Source: Eledone cirrhosa
Taxonomy: Eukaryota
Length of the DNA stretch: 64,000 nt
Assembly: GCA_964016885.1 (NCBI GenBank)
Contig: CAXHJY010001122.1
Span: 1-64,000, forward strand
Direction of reading: 5' to 3'
Shown: piece after piece, positions 25,402-39,195 of the stretch
Layout: each line of letters starts with the position of its first letter
Position numbering within the stretch: the stretch's first letter is position 1
The notes under the pieces: generated by a model
Database searches by the model: none
The model's input: the letters and a program-made list of their open reading frames with translations, nothing else
What the model was told of the DNA's origin: nothing
Program-made: the position numbers and the translations under genes

Positions 25402-25650
25402 AGTGGGAATACGAAGAAAGCAAGAACGGGAGGCGGTTTCGCTGTTTTGTTACTGTTTTCTCTTTTCTTCCCCTTTGCTTTCCTTCCCTCCTTCCTTCGT
25501 TTGCCCAATAACTTATCCAGTTATTGGCGCCCTGGGCGAGGTATCTTGTCTTTAAAGCGTAGAAATATCCGAGACCCCCAGTAGACAACTGATGAGGACA
25601 ATTCACCCCCCCCCCCCCCTCCAGTTCTTGCTTTCTTCGTATTCCCACTG
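25402..25650 (+). repeat. Penelope pLTR-like segment with inverted ends, containing structured RNA motif copy A (25505-25595)
   Basis: AGTGGGAATACGAAGAAAGCAAGAA at 25402 is inverted at 25625-25649. It sits between (TA)n tracts and shares the motif at 24374-24470. Penelope attribution is inferred from context. Confidence 0.55.
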
Positions 25651-25723
25651 CATTTAAAGTTACCTTAAATACCAACTACACAGCCATTTCTATTCTCCAT
25701 ATATTTCATCATATATATATACA

Positions 25724-25799
<76 letters not shown>

Positions 25800-25826
25800 C
25801 GAAGGAGTTGTGGTAAGAGTTGTGAT

Positions 25827-27768
25827 TTTAAGTCCCCAGTCCCGGAAGAAGTTGATTAGTTCCGAGACTGGGGATTTAAAATGACCCTACAAACGTCCGT
25901 AACCCGAGTCTATTTCCTGGTTGTTACACTCAACCTCGAAAATTATCTGTACTACCCATACAGGAAACCAAACGACAACCTGCACTACATCCACCGCCGC
26001 TCTAACCATCCTAAAACATCACCAATAACCTGGTTAAAAACATCTCCCTCCGCATATCTCGTTTGTCCGCTAATGAGCAGATATTCGACGAACACGCGCC
26101 TCATTACAACCAGGCCCTCAAGCGGAGTGGCTTCCGGGAGGAAATATCCTTTTATCCAGCTTCCCTTATCGGAACCAGCAGGTGACACCGCCGCTCACGC
26201 AACGTAACGTGGTTCAATCCTCCCCACAATGCCGAGGTGGCAACACCTATCGGGAAAATCTTCTTTAGGATCCTCGAAAAACACTTTCTACTACAACACC
26301 GCTACCACAACATAATCAACAAAAACACTATCAAGCTCTCCTACAGCACCACACCTAACTTCGCACAAAACATCGTCTCCTCAAACAACAAAAAACTCAA
26401 CCCCTATGGAAGAAACAACCTAGACATTAGTGGAGAGCCGACCAGGAGGTGAAACTGCCCTGATAGATCTACGTGACCCCTCAACAACAGATGCTGAGAA
26501 CGTAACGTGATAGTTGCTAGTGCAACGTGAAGACGGACACCTCCAACAAAGCTTATATCGGATTAACCGCTTGTGACTTTAAGACCCGGTTCTACCAACA
26601 CCGACATACGTTCCGAAACCCGGTCCGGCGACATGCCACTACACTTTCGGGTCACATCTGGGACCTCCAAGATAATAATATAACTTACAATCTTACTTGG
26701 AGCTTACTGTCCAGAGCTAACTCTTACACGGGAGGACGCCGTCCGTGTAACTTATGCTCGGAGGAAACATTACAAATGCTGTTTACGAAGGATCAACTCC
26801 TAAACAAAAAAGACGAACTGGTAACTGCGTGCAAACACAGATTGCGTAAGATTTACCTCGCCCTCAAACCCCCTAACGATCCGGGTGGGTAGACAAGGGC
26901 TGAAACACCCCACTTGCCGAATAAGATAGGGGAAACTCCAGCTTACAAAGGGTGATGTACCTCTTTTCTTTTCCTGTATGTTTTCTTCTTCCCTTTGTCT
27001 CCCCCTATCACCTCCTTCCACCACCGATCTTCTTCCTCGTTCTTTTTTCCCCTTTCGCCTACCCCGGTGCATCCCATCGGACCTCTGTAGCCTCAGTACC
27101 CCCACCTCAGTAACTTAAAGACAGCATTGGCCGAATACGCTATACTAACTAATCATAACAGCTGCGTTAGAACCCAGAGATTTTGAATTACTTTTTACTA
27201 CCCAATTCTACAATTTCAATCATTCTTATTTAGTATCTTCTATTCTCAACTCATTGGCCGAAAAAGCAACACCAATTAAATATAGCAGCTGTTTTAGACT
27301 CTATAGTTTTTGTTTTTTATCACTTCTCACTATCCAACATTATATTTTTATATATCTTTCTCTTATTTTTTTTTTTGATTGTCTCCTAATCTCAATTGAT
27401 TTACCCATTCTATAACGTCCCTCCTCTATTTTCTCCAGAAACCTTTCTTCGCCTACCTCCTCTGGCCTAATTTCATACACAATCCTTAGAATTTGCCGTA
27501 TAGATTTCACTTTCAACGCTTGACCGGCTCCACCTACTCCCTCATTGTTCTACAGGCAAGTTCAGCCACCCCACCTCCCACCCACTGCCATGGTAGACTT
27601 ATTTGCGTTTACAACAAATTTTGACCAATCCTCTTGACAACTACAATCTTCCCATATAAGGAAGTACCCCTTGAAAAGTTCGGCTATTTATTTACCAGAC
27701 TAAAAATTCTAATTTAGTCCAGAAATAGCCGTCGAAACGGCTTGAGCTCTTCCGTCGGGGTCATACTT

Positions 27769-27772
<4 letters not shown>
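25827..27772 (+). mobile_element. Penelope-like element 3' part (RT thumb, GIY-YIG endonuclease, 3' region with hammerhead)
   Basis: Translation gives FLVVTLNL..PYRKPND..YIHRRSNHP, WFNPP, KNTIKLSYS, AYIGLT..FKTRFYQH, CNLCSEE and LLNKKDELVTACKH. There is a short 5' inverted repeat at 25827-25881, and the element ends at (TA)n. Confidence 0.88.
27666..27761 (+). ncRNA. Type I hammerhead ribozyme, U3-A8 variant
   Basis: Stem I is ACCCC/GGGGU and the core is UUGAAAA. Stem II has G10.1-C11.1 plus CGGCUAUUU/AAAUAGCCG, followed by GAAA. Stem III is CGG/CCG, and the GUC cleavage site is after 27756. Confidence 0.72.
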
Positions 27773-27818
<46 letters not shown>

Positions 27819-28161
27819 AATTATTGTCGTTAAATGTAAGAATATCACTAATTATAATAGAACTGTCTCAAGGAAAGATTTCTGATATTTGTACATGCAA
27901 TGTTGCTAATTATAGTGTTCATTTTTTCCCTGAGTTCATAAGATATTGTAAAATTACTTTTATGCTTTTACACAAACATAAAACCTCTCTCTATAATACC
28001 GTATCAATATATTATTTAATAGTTGTATTCAGACTCATTTGTTTATCACCACTTTAAACTTATATTTAATCTTATTGATATGGTATAAAATTGATACCAC
28101 ATTTATATCTGTATATAATTAATTATATCTTCAACATTATCATATATAATGATATTTTCAG

Positions 28162-28292
28162 AATGCCAATTAGGAAAGTTTGGTGCTGCTTGTGAAGGGA
28201 CATGCCATTATATCAACAACTTTAACTGTGGCAAGGATATGGAATATGTCCAGATGGATGTGCTGCAGGTTATACTGGTAAAAACTGCCAAG
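28162..28292 (+). pseudogene. Isolated EGF-like (MEGF10/SCARF-type) exon with a 1-nt deletion
   Basis: It is bounded by TTTTCAG| and CAAG|GTAT and reads (E)CQLGKFGAACEGTCHYINNFNCGKD/GICPDGCAAGYTGKNCQ. Its length is 131 nt, against 132 expected for a phase 1-1 EGF exon. Confidence 0.75.
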
Positions 28293-28317
28293 GTATATCA
28301 AATTGATGCTACTTATC

Positions 28318-28380
<63 letters not shown>

Positions 28381-28781
28381 CAATAAACCAAGCTTTTTAA
28401 AACATGTCCATCATTAATCACGACAATTGTTTCTATACAGATGAGAGACGTGTATCTACGTTTAAACAATGAATCAATCTGTTACAAATAATAATTATTC
28501 GCATAGTATTAATATTCAAATGTATTTATTCGGAAGTGTGACAGAATAAATTATTTCTTTACAAGTAGCAAGATTATAAGCAAGCCATGAAAGAATCAAG
28601 AGAACAAATGGAAGCAGATAAATGCAAATATAGTGAAATATTATTTTAAGGCTTGAGACTTATAGCCATAAATCTTATAGCCATATATTTGTATCGCAGC
28701 TGTATCATATTTTAAAAGACGGATTGAGAGAAAAGTTTGTCATGCGATAATCAAAGAACGCACTCTAGAATGTGAAATCAT

Positions 28782-28957
28782 TATCGGTAGAGGGTCGGAC
28801 GCCATGCTTTGATGCATAGAGTTACGGCCCTTGCCATTCTGAGTTCAAATCCCGCCGAGGTTAACTTTGCCTTTCATCCTTACGGGATCGATAAAATAAA
28901 GTACCAGTAATACACTGGGTAATTGCTGGCCTTGTGCCAAAAGTAGAAACAATTATT
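28782..28957 (+). mobile_element. tRNA-derived SINE, slightly 5'-truncated
   Basis: It has the same B box, core and tail as 22653-22848. Confidence 0.9.
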
Positions 28958-29768
28958 GTTTATTCTTCTTACTCAGAGATAAACGAAAATCTGAAGTTGA
29001 ATCACTTTCACCATGATAGGAAGAGCAGTTGTTTTTATAACAGTATGGGATTAATGAATTCAAATATAGCGATGTTATTAAGCCAATTGTGGTATTTTTA
29101 CCCTTAAGCGACTGCTAAATTTATGTCCAGTGTTACTACGTTAGCATAGCAAATTGCATTACTTATGATTTAGAATAGTACTAGTTTAGTATTATGAGTG
29201 TGAATTGCAGCTGTTGAAAGATATAGTGAACAATTAAGTTGATATAATAGAATTAAACAGCTTTAAATTCACTTATATCATATATATAAACGCAAGCCAC
29301 TCTGAGATATCACCATACCAAGCAAGCTAGAGGTGTAAAATCTTAGACGGTTAACACAAGACCATACGTTAGTATGACCGTCTGTAGAAGCATAGCTTTA
29401 AAACACGCATGGATGGGTATATTCATATATACACATATGTACGCACGTATTTGTACATCCTCCTATGCATATACACGTGAATATATGCAGATACATAAGG
29501 TAGCTGTACATGCACACATGGTAATACGAAGTATGCAATTCAGTTAGTTCCAGTCATAAGACACACACCCGTATTCACACGCCGTGGTACATTTTGATAG
29601 TTATGTATTTATGCATTTCAGTGTGAGGATGTCGAAATTAACCTGTCCTAATATCTAGGTAATAACAACAGTTAAAGTTAGGGTATGCTAGATAATGTAA
29701 GATTATAGATGTACCTGGGCCTCGAATGCTCACTTTGGTAACAGCAGCAGTAATCCACTGTATACAAT

Positions 29769-29825
<57 letters not shown>

Positions 29826-29827
<2 letters not shown>

Positions 29828-32800
29828 TCATCATCATCGTTTTACGTCCGCTTTTCCCTGCTTGCAAGGGTTGGACGGGTCCTATTCAGCACATCATCTC
29901 TCCACTTGTCACGGTCCTTCGACATCTCCTCGGTGAGTTTCAGCAATCTGTGGTCTGCTCTCAGCACCTCCGCCCATGTTTTTCGTGGTCTACCTCTACT
30001 GCGTCCTTCCTTCTACTGGGATTTCTTGGCACTTCTTTACCCAGCGGTCATCCTCCATGCGCATCGCGTGTCCATACCATCTCATCCTTCTCTCCTGCAC
30101 TCCTGCACACCACAACTTATCCCTCTTATACCCAGTTTCTTTCGTAACTCGTCTATGCTTGGTCGTTCACGCACATTAACATTGCACATCCAACCGAGCA
30201 TACTTGCTTCATTTCCCTTCAGCCGTCGCATATCTTCTGCAGTTGCTGCCCATATCTCACTACCATGCAGCATCGTGCATCTCACATAACCATCGTTTCG
30301 TACGCAGGGAGAAACCTTCTTTGTCAACAGAGGAAGCAGCTCTCTAAACTTCTTCCAACGCGTCCTTATTCTAGATACTATGGCCTCGGAAGACTCCTCT
30401 CCCATGATAATCTGATCACCTAGGTACCGGAAGCTATCAACCACTTCTATAGAACCCACCTGCATTGGAAAAATATGTCTATCACTGCGATTACTACTGC
30501 CAACTTTCCTTGTACATCTACTGCATACGTAGTTTTGCCTACCTGTTAGTTTTCCTGCTATCCCACTACATCTCTTATGTACCCAAGATCTGAATTGCGT
30601 ACATTTTATGGAATTTATGCCAGTTCCTTTCCTACATATCGAACATGGCCATTTTCCTGACTGAATTAGAGTTTTGTCCTCTTTTCTACTCATCAACACT
30701 TTTGTCTTAGATATGTTCTCTCAGTCCTCTTGATTCCAACTGCTGTTTCCATAGCCAGAATTTATTCTCTAGCTCCTCTACTGATTCTGCTATAAGAACC
30801 AGATCGTCAGCATAGAGAAGTTCCCATGGACAGCCAGTCTTAAACTCCTCTGCTCTGCTATGGCTTGGAGGACTGTAATGAACATGAGCGGGCTGGAGAC
30901 CGACCCCTGATGTACTCCTACTTGTATCTGGAATTCCTCACTAAACTCTATTCCTACCCTCACTTTACTGACAGCACCTCTGTACAAAGCTTGCACTGTC
31001 CTCACAAGCCATTCCTCAACACCCAGCTTCCTTAGGGACCACCATATGACAGATCGGGGTACCCTATCAAAGGCCTTCTCTTGGTCAACAAAAGCTAAGT
31101 ATAGTGGCTTATTTTTCTCTAAGAACCTCTTGTAGTTGCCTCACTAAGAAGAGGGCATATATTCTACTTTTGCCAGGCACAAAACCAAACTGCATCTCAT
31201 CTAGTTTGACTCTTTCTCTAATTAGTTGCGCTAATATCCTTTCTGCCACTCTCATGACCTGATCCATCAGTTTTATGCCCCTATTATTGCTCCTCTCCAG
31301 AGCATCCACTTTACCTTTGTAGCAATTTTTGAGAATACTGCTGCACCAGTCTTTGGGTTTGACACCGCCGTATATAGCCTGATTGATGATGCGTGCAACC
31401 AGTTTAGTGTCTACGTCCCCTGACGCCTTCAGCATCTCAGCAACTATCCCCGACGGTCCAGCGGCCTTACCATTTTTCATTTCCTTAATCGCCTCTTGGA
31501 CCCTATATTCGTCAATCTCAATAGCTGGTCCCTCTGTCGGATCTACTGGAGGTCATTTCTCTCTCTCCCATTCATTCGTTCTCCACATTCATCAGTGTCT
31601 CATAATGACATTTCCAGGCCTCCTTTTTCTGATCTTTCGTGACACTAAGTACACCGGCATCATTCCGGATACATTTATCTCCAACAACATCCTGATTTGC
31701 ACTGACACACTGCCTTACAATGCGGAACACCGCACGTCTCTGATCTCCCCGTCGCAGAACATTGGCAAACCTCGTACTCTCAGACTCCCTGCGTGCTAAC
31801 TACACCTGACGTCTAGCTTCTCTCTTAGCGGCTGTATATCCTTCTCTACTCCCACCATTTTTCAGAGCATTCTATGCTAGTCTTTTGTCTATAATGGCCC
31901 TATCTACCATGCTGTTCCACCACCAGGTCACTCTGTCTGGTTGGAGCTCTGCTCTAGCCACAAGTTTCGTCAGTAGCCTGCAGTAAGTTGCCACGTAAGA
32001 AATTCCAGCTATCATCTATGTCATACAATTCTAAATCGTCTTCTTTTTCGTCATACACATCTTGAAGGGCTTTCCTAAATTTGTATTTTAGTTTTAGTAA
32101 AAGGTCTTTTAACTTCTAGACCTTTCTTCTCTATACCTTCCTGTATGTCTCATTCCGTCTCTTGCTTACTGCGATATCACTAACGACTTACCTATACTAT
32201 GGGGCACATTCTTCCCCGGGGTATGCCTTGGTATTTGACACCATCTGTCCCACTGCCTAACTAGCAAGAAGTCAATCTGGCTTATGTGCTCGCCTGATTT
32301 GTAGGTTATTAGGTGGTTGGCAGGTTTCTGGATGTTAGTGTTGCAAATGGTTAGTGCACTTGCATCACCAAATTCAAGAAGTCTCACTCCTTCTTCATTT
32401 TTTGAGCTGTAACCATCCCCACCATGCACCCCATTGTAACCATCTCGGAGATGTCCAACATGCCCATTGACGTTACCTACTAGCATAACGATGTCTCCGT
32501 CCTCTGACATTGCGGCTGTTTGTAAAAGTTGCTCGTAAAAGCAGTCTTTCTCTTCTTTACCTAGTCCTGCCTGAGGAGCATAGGCAGAGATTATTGTCCG
32601 TAGTCTCTTGCCTACAACTAATCTAAGCTTAATTATTCTATTACTAACTCTAACTACCTCTATTGTCTTATTGATCCATCTCTCAGCCAGGAAAATGCCC
32701 ACTCCCTCTAACCCATCATCATTATCCACCCAGACAAGCTTATAAGTAAAATGTTTTCCTGCGATTAGTCTCGCAGAGGGACCTCTCCACCTCACCTCTT

Positions 32801-33480
32801 GCACGCAGCACACATCCACATGCCTTCTCTCCAACATCTCCACTATTTCACCAGATCTACTTGTGAGAATGCCAACATTAAGTGTTGCAACTTTGAGATG
32901 AGACGTCTTCATATTCTTGTTCCTTTTCCTGTTCCTGTAGTGAGATTGCTTGATGACGGTCGGGGGTTCTCGCACATGGCTTCACCAGCCACCCCACTAC
33001 TGTACGCAGCTCTAACATGGTTAGTGTTATTGCTGTTTACGCAGTTATTGTTGTTGTGCGATTGCTTGATGACGGTCGGGGGATTCTCGCACATGGCCGC
33101 ACCAGCCAGACCCACTACCGTGCGCAGCCCTAACATGGTTAGTGTTATTGCTGTTGACGCAGTTGTTGCAATTCTTATTTGTTGTGCTCATAATTTTGGC
33201 ATTTATTATACTGGTTGGATGCCCTTCCTAACACCAGCACCACTTTACAGTATGGACTATGTGTTTTTATTCGTGCCACCAGCACTAGATAGGGTGTCTT
33301 ACTGGACTCAGGGGCCCTCTCTACCCCTCCATTTTACAGCATGGACTAGATCCTTTTATTCGTGCCACCAGCACTAGGGAAGTTGTCTTACTAGACTTAG
33401 GGGACTTCTCTACCCGGCACCAATTTTTTCGGAGTGGTAGTTCTCCTAGACGAGTTCCCTACATTACGGCTTACGGAGCC
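29826..33480 (-). mobile_element. RTE-clade LINE, near full length, degenerate
   Basis: APE (ATLNVG, CVQEVRW, SAYAPQ, SQIDF), RT (KAAGPSGI, QFGFVPG, GVHQGS, LYADDL), a PHD-like insert, FRYLG and a (GAT)n tail into (TA)n are present. The 5' UTR has tandem duplications at about 32945-33160 and 33240-33415. Confidence 0.92.
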
Positions 33481-33656
33481 TCCGTCCGCCCCTTGTCTAT
33501 TCTATGATATATTCACGAGGGAGTGGTTATCATACAGCGTCAGGCATCTATATCGAATGTGGTGTACATGGGGCGAGTGGGTGGGAAGTGAGAACCGTAA
33601 TGGCTGATACGTAGAATTTTTAACACAGTTTACAAGTCACATACACACATATATAT

Positions 33657-34717
33657 ACCAGATAGAAAAATGCGTACAGCAAAAAAAAGTAATATTGTTG
33701 GAATATAAACCTTTAAAAATACAGGACAAGAAACTAAAATAAAACTTTAAAAGAATAGGACAAGAAACTAAGATAAAACTTTAAAGAATTGGACAAGAAA
33801 TAAAAAATTTTACAATAATATTAGTGGCAAAATTTTTATTGGTAAAAAATCGAGTTCCACATTCATAGGCTCTGGGTTCCACATTCAGAGGTCGTCGTAA
33901 TACCGGGGGGATCATTTGATCCTGGTTTGAACACCAATTGGGCCATAACCATACCCCTATTTCATCATTCGGCGACACGCCTCATGTGTCATGCATAATG
34001 TGAATGGACCCATGGGCCCATGAGCACAGATCTTGAGCAGCAGCGGACGGTCTTGTCGTCCTGCTCATCCTTGATCTTGACCAACCCGTCATCTTCTCCT
34101 TGCATCTTGTCCTTGAGTTCAAGTCCGGCAGTCCAGATGAATGCGTGCCACAGCTTTCTGCTACAGGAAGGGGGAGCAGGAGGACTGGAGGGATTACGGG
34201 ACAGAGGGAGGGAGGGCCGGTGTTTGAGGGAGGTGCCGTAGTCGGTGGTCAGAGTCGACATCTTGTCCCGGTCGTCTTCTCCATCTTCGTCTGGTGCTGC
34301 GGGACCAGAAGTGCAGTCTTGGAGGAGACCTGCAGCTGCATCGGCCAATTCTTCTTGCAATGGTCATTCTGACGGAGCAGAACTGCTCAGCCAACCAACC
34401 CCAACCAGAACCAACCGCTCAGGGGCAACGCACAATGAGAGCATAACAATTATTATGCACTAAACAAGAAGATACTGGGGCATAGCACAGGAAACGAATA
34501 AAAAAATGTTGCCACTAATATTATTGTAAAATTTTTTATTTCTTGTCCAATTCTTTAAAGTTTTATCTTAGTTTCTTGTCCTATTCTTTTAAAGTTTTAT
34601 CTTAGTTTCTTGTCCTATTCTTTTAAAGTTTTATTTTAGTTTCTTGTCATGTATTTTTAAAGGTTTATATTCCAACAATATTACTTTTTTTTTGCTGTAC
34701 GCATTTTTCTATCTGGT
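33657..34717. mobile_element. Non-autonomous TIR (foldback-like) DNA element with GC-rich interior
   Basis: 33657-33840 is the reverse complement of 34497-34717, starting ACCAGATAGAAAAATGCGTACAGC. The TIRs contain about 30-bp subrepeats. There is no clear TSD. Confidence 0.8.
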
Positions 34718-35288
34718 CTACTATTTTTTAAGGCAATGCATGCAACAACTATCTAATAATTAAATGATCATAGTGAATTACTGACAAGTGATTGACATTT
34801 TAAAGTTCTTTTGAGTATAATTGCATTCTATTTGAGGCAACTGGCTTAATGACAAAGCTACGTCATTTCTGGATTACCTCCCCTAGCGTCACGCTTACTA
34901 CTCACTCACTTGAACACAAGATTTATCAGCAAACTTTGATTATAAACTTTTTCCCGCTGGACCAAATTTCTAGATTTTTAAGCCAAAAGATGCGTTATGA
35001 TCTACTGTTCATGCTCATATAAGTTTTATCTCAGTTAAATAAAGTAGAGCCGCGCTGTACTGTCGTAAACAGACGATTGCCAACGAAAACACGACCACAA
35101 CAATATTACTAAACGGACTAAACGGACTAACGTCCGTTTAGGATATATAGTCAGCATTGCCACACATTTCTCTAGCATTCTTAACATTTTTTTTATTAAA
35201 TCATGATTTTGTGAAACAGTTGAAGTTGTAGAATTTTGTAAATATACTTTCTTAAAGACTCCAACTGAATTTTCAACTTCTTTTTCCA

Positions 35289-35487
<199 letters not shown>

Positions 35488-35632
35488 GGAAAAGGTTCAG
35501 GTCCCCGACGGCAGAGCTCAAGCTTTTCTATTAGCCACTCTACTACCCAAAGTATCGAGTACTCTGGTGCGTTATGGTCCACCTGATTCCTTACCACACT
35601 TCCTTCGTTATATATATGTATGGGTATGTGTG

Positions 35633-37300
<1,668 letters not shown>

Positions 37301-37301
37301 G

Positions 37302-38850
37302 AATATAAATCCTACAATGGGAAAATTAACCATCTCCTATATATAGATGATCTAAAGTTGTATGCTACAAATTAAAAACAACTCCAAACAGTGCTTCAAA
37401 CTGTACACGGATTCACAAACGAAATAGGTATAAAATTTGGATTAGAAAAATGTGCCAAGGCACTACTGAAGAGGAACTAGTGAAAGCAATAATATCATGT
37501 TAGAGAAAAGAAACAGAAATAAGATAACTGGATCAAACTCAGACATACAAATACTTAGGAATCAAAGAACTAGATAAGATCCAACACACACAGATGAAAG
37601 ATTAGAAAAGAGTACTACAGAAGAATTGGGTTAATACTCAAACCTAAATGCAAAGAATAAGATGATTGGCATCAACACTTTAGTAATCCCAGTAATGAGC
37701 TACAGCTTTAACATTCTGAACTGGACACTAAAAGGACTAGCTGGAATAGATAGAAAAACAAGAAAAATAATGACTGAATTTACAATACACCATCAGAAAT
37801 CAGACGTAGAAAGATTATACCTACCAAGAACACAAGGGGCCTTATGATACTAGAAATCTCTTATAAAATAACTACTGTGTGACTACAAAAATACCTAATG
37901 AAAAACAAAGGAAAGCTAATACAAATAGCCACGAAATATGAACAAAGCAACAAAGTGTTCTCGGTCTTCAAGGAAGCCAAAAAGTTCAAATCAGAAACTG
38001 GACTAACAGATAATTGTGAGGAAAATGAAAACAAAGAAAACACAACAATAAAACATAAAATATAAATTGACAACTGACATCCAGAGTGCCATGTTAAGTC
38101 CTTGGCAAGAGATATCCTTACACGGCCACTACCTCAAAAAGCTAAGTAAAAAGGAAGAAGACAAAGAAAACACACAAAACTAACCTGAATTACTGGACTA
38201 AAAGCTGAGACGGAAGGATATCTAATTCCAGCGCAGAACCAGAGTCTACCTACCAGAAAATACCAGAAGTACATAATGAAACAAAGCACAATAAGTAACT
38301 GTAGAATATGTGGAGATAGCGAAGATACAATCAACCACATAGTCTCAGGATGCCCAGCTCTATTTTTTAAAAAAGAATATATCCACAGGCATGATGGGAG
38401 CTTCATACATTGGCTGTTAGAGATCAAGGCCAACCGACCATTTATTATAGTCAAAGACCACAAAGAAAAATGTCCTCTAATAGATGTATCAATCCCCACA
38501 GACACAATATATCTTCCACGGAAATAGAGAAATAGTCCAAATATAAAGTTCTAGAGATAGAAATAACTCGAATGTAGAAAATGAAAACAGAAACAATACC
38601 TATAATGATAGGTGCTCTAGGAATGATTGAAAAACACACAGACAAATACATAGCAAAAACCCCAGAACTTACAAATATATACATTATACAAAAGGTAGCA
38701 CTACCAGGCACTGCACGCATATTACGAAAAGTACTATCAATACAATAGAAACAACACCAGCAAAAACTACACTGCTCATACCCAAGGCACACAGAGCTGT
38801 ACTCGATAAAGCAGTAATGATGCGCTGTAAATAATGATAAAATAATAATA
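37302..38850 (+). mobile_element. R4/Dong-like non-LTR retrotransposon (restriction-like endonuclease), 3' part
   Basis: Motifs include INHLLYIDDLKLY, FGLEKC, YKYLGI, SDVERLYLPR, LKAETEG..AQNQSLPTR, CRICG..DTINHIVSGC, RHD, LIDVSIP, IGALG and ILRKVL. It ends in (TAA)n. Confidence 0.85.
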
Positions 38851-39195
38851 ATTGTTTCTACTTTTTGCACAAGGCCAGCAATCATCTCAGTGCATTACTG
38901 GTACTTTATTTTATCGACCCCGTAAGGATGAAAGGCAAAGTTAACCTCGGCGGGATTTGAACTCAGATCGTAAAGGACCGTAACTCCATGCTGCAAACCA
39001 TGGCGTCCGACCCTCTAACGATACTGCCAATCCACATTAGTGGTACTTTATTTTATCGACCCCATAAGGATGAAAGGTAAAGTTAACCTCGACAGGATTT
39101 GAACTCAGACCGTAAAGGGACGTAACTATGCTAGAAAGCATGGCGTCCCACCCTCGGCGGCATTAATTTTTGTCTTTCATCCTTACGGGATCGAT
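38843..39195 (-). mobile_element. SINE cluster: one near-complete copy (38843-39035), one partial copy (39040-39150) and a short plus-strand piece (to 39195)
   Basis: Reverse complements of the SINE B box, core and tail are visible. Confidence 0.85.

Noticed and set aside
33481-33540. Possible HDV-like ribozyme at the RTE 5' end (minus strand, CAC-TCCCTC-GTG)
   Set aside because: The P1/P3 spacing, the GG junction and the P2 partner could not be assigned.
33700-33810. About 30-bp repeats as a CRISPR-like array
   Set aside because: They are contiguous subrepeats within TIRs with no spacers, in a eukaryotic context.
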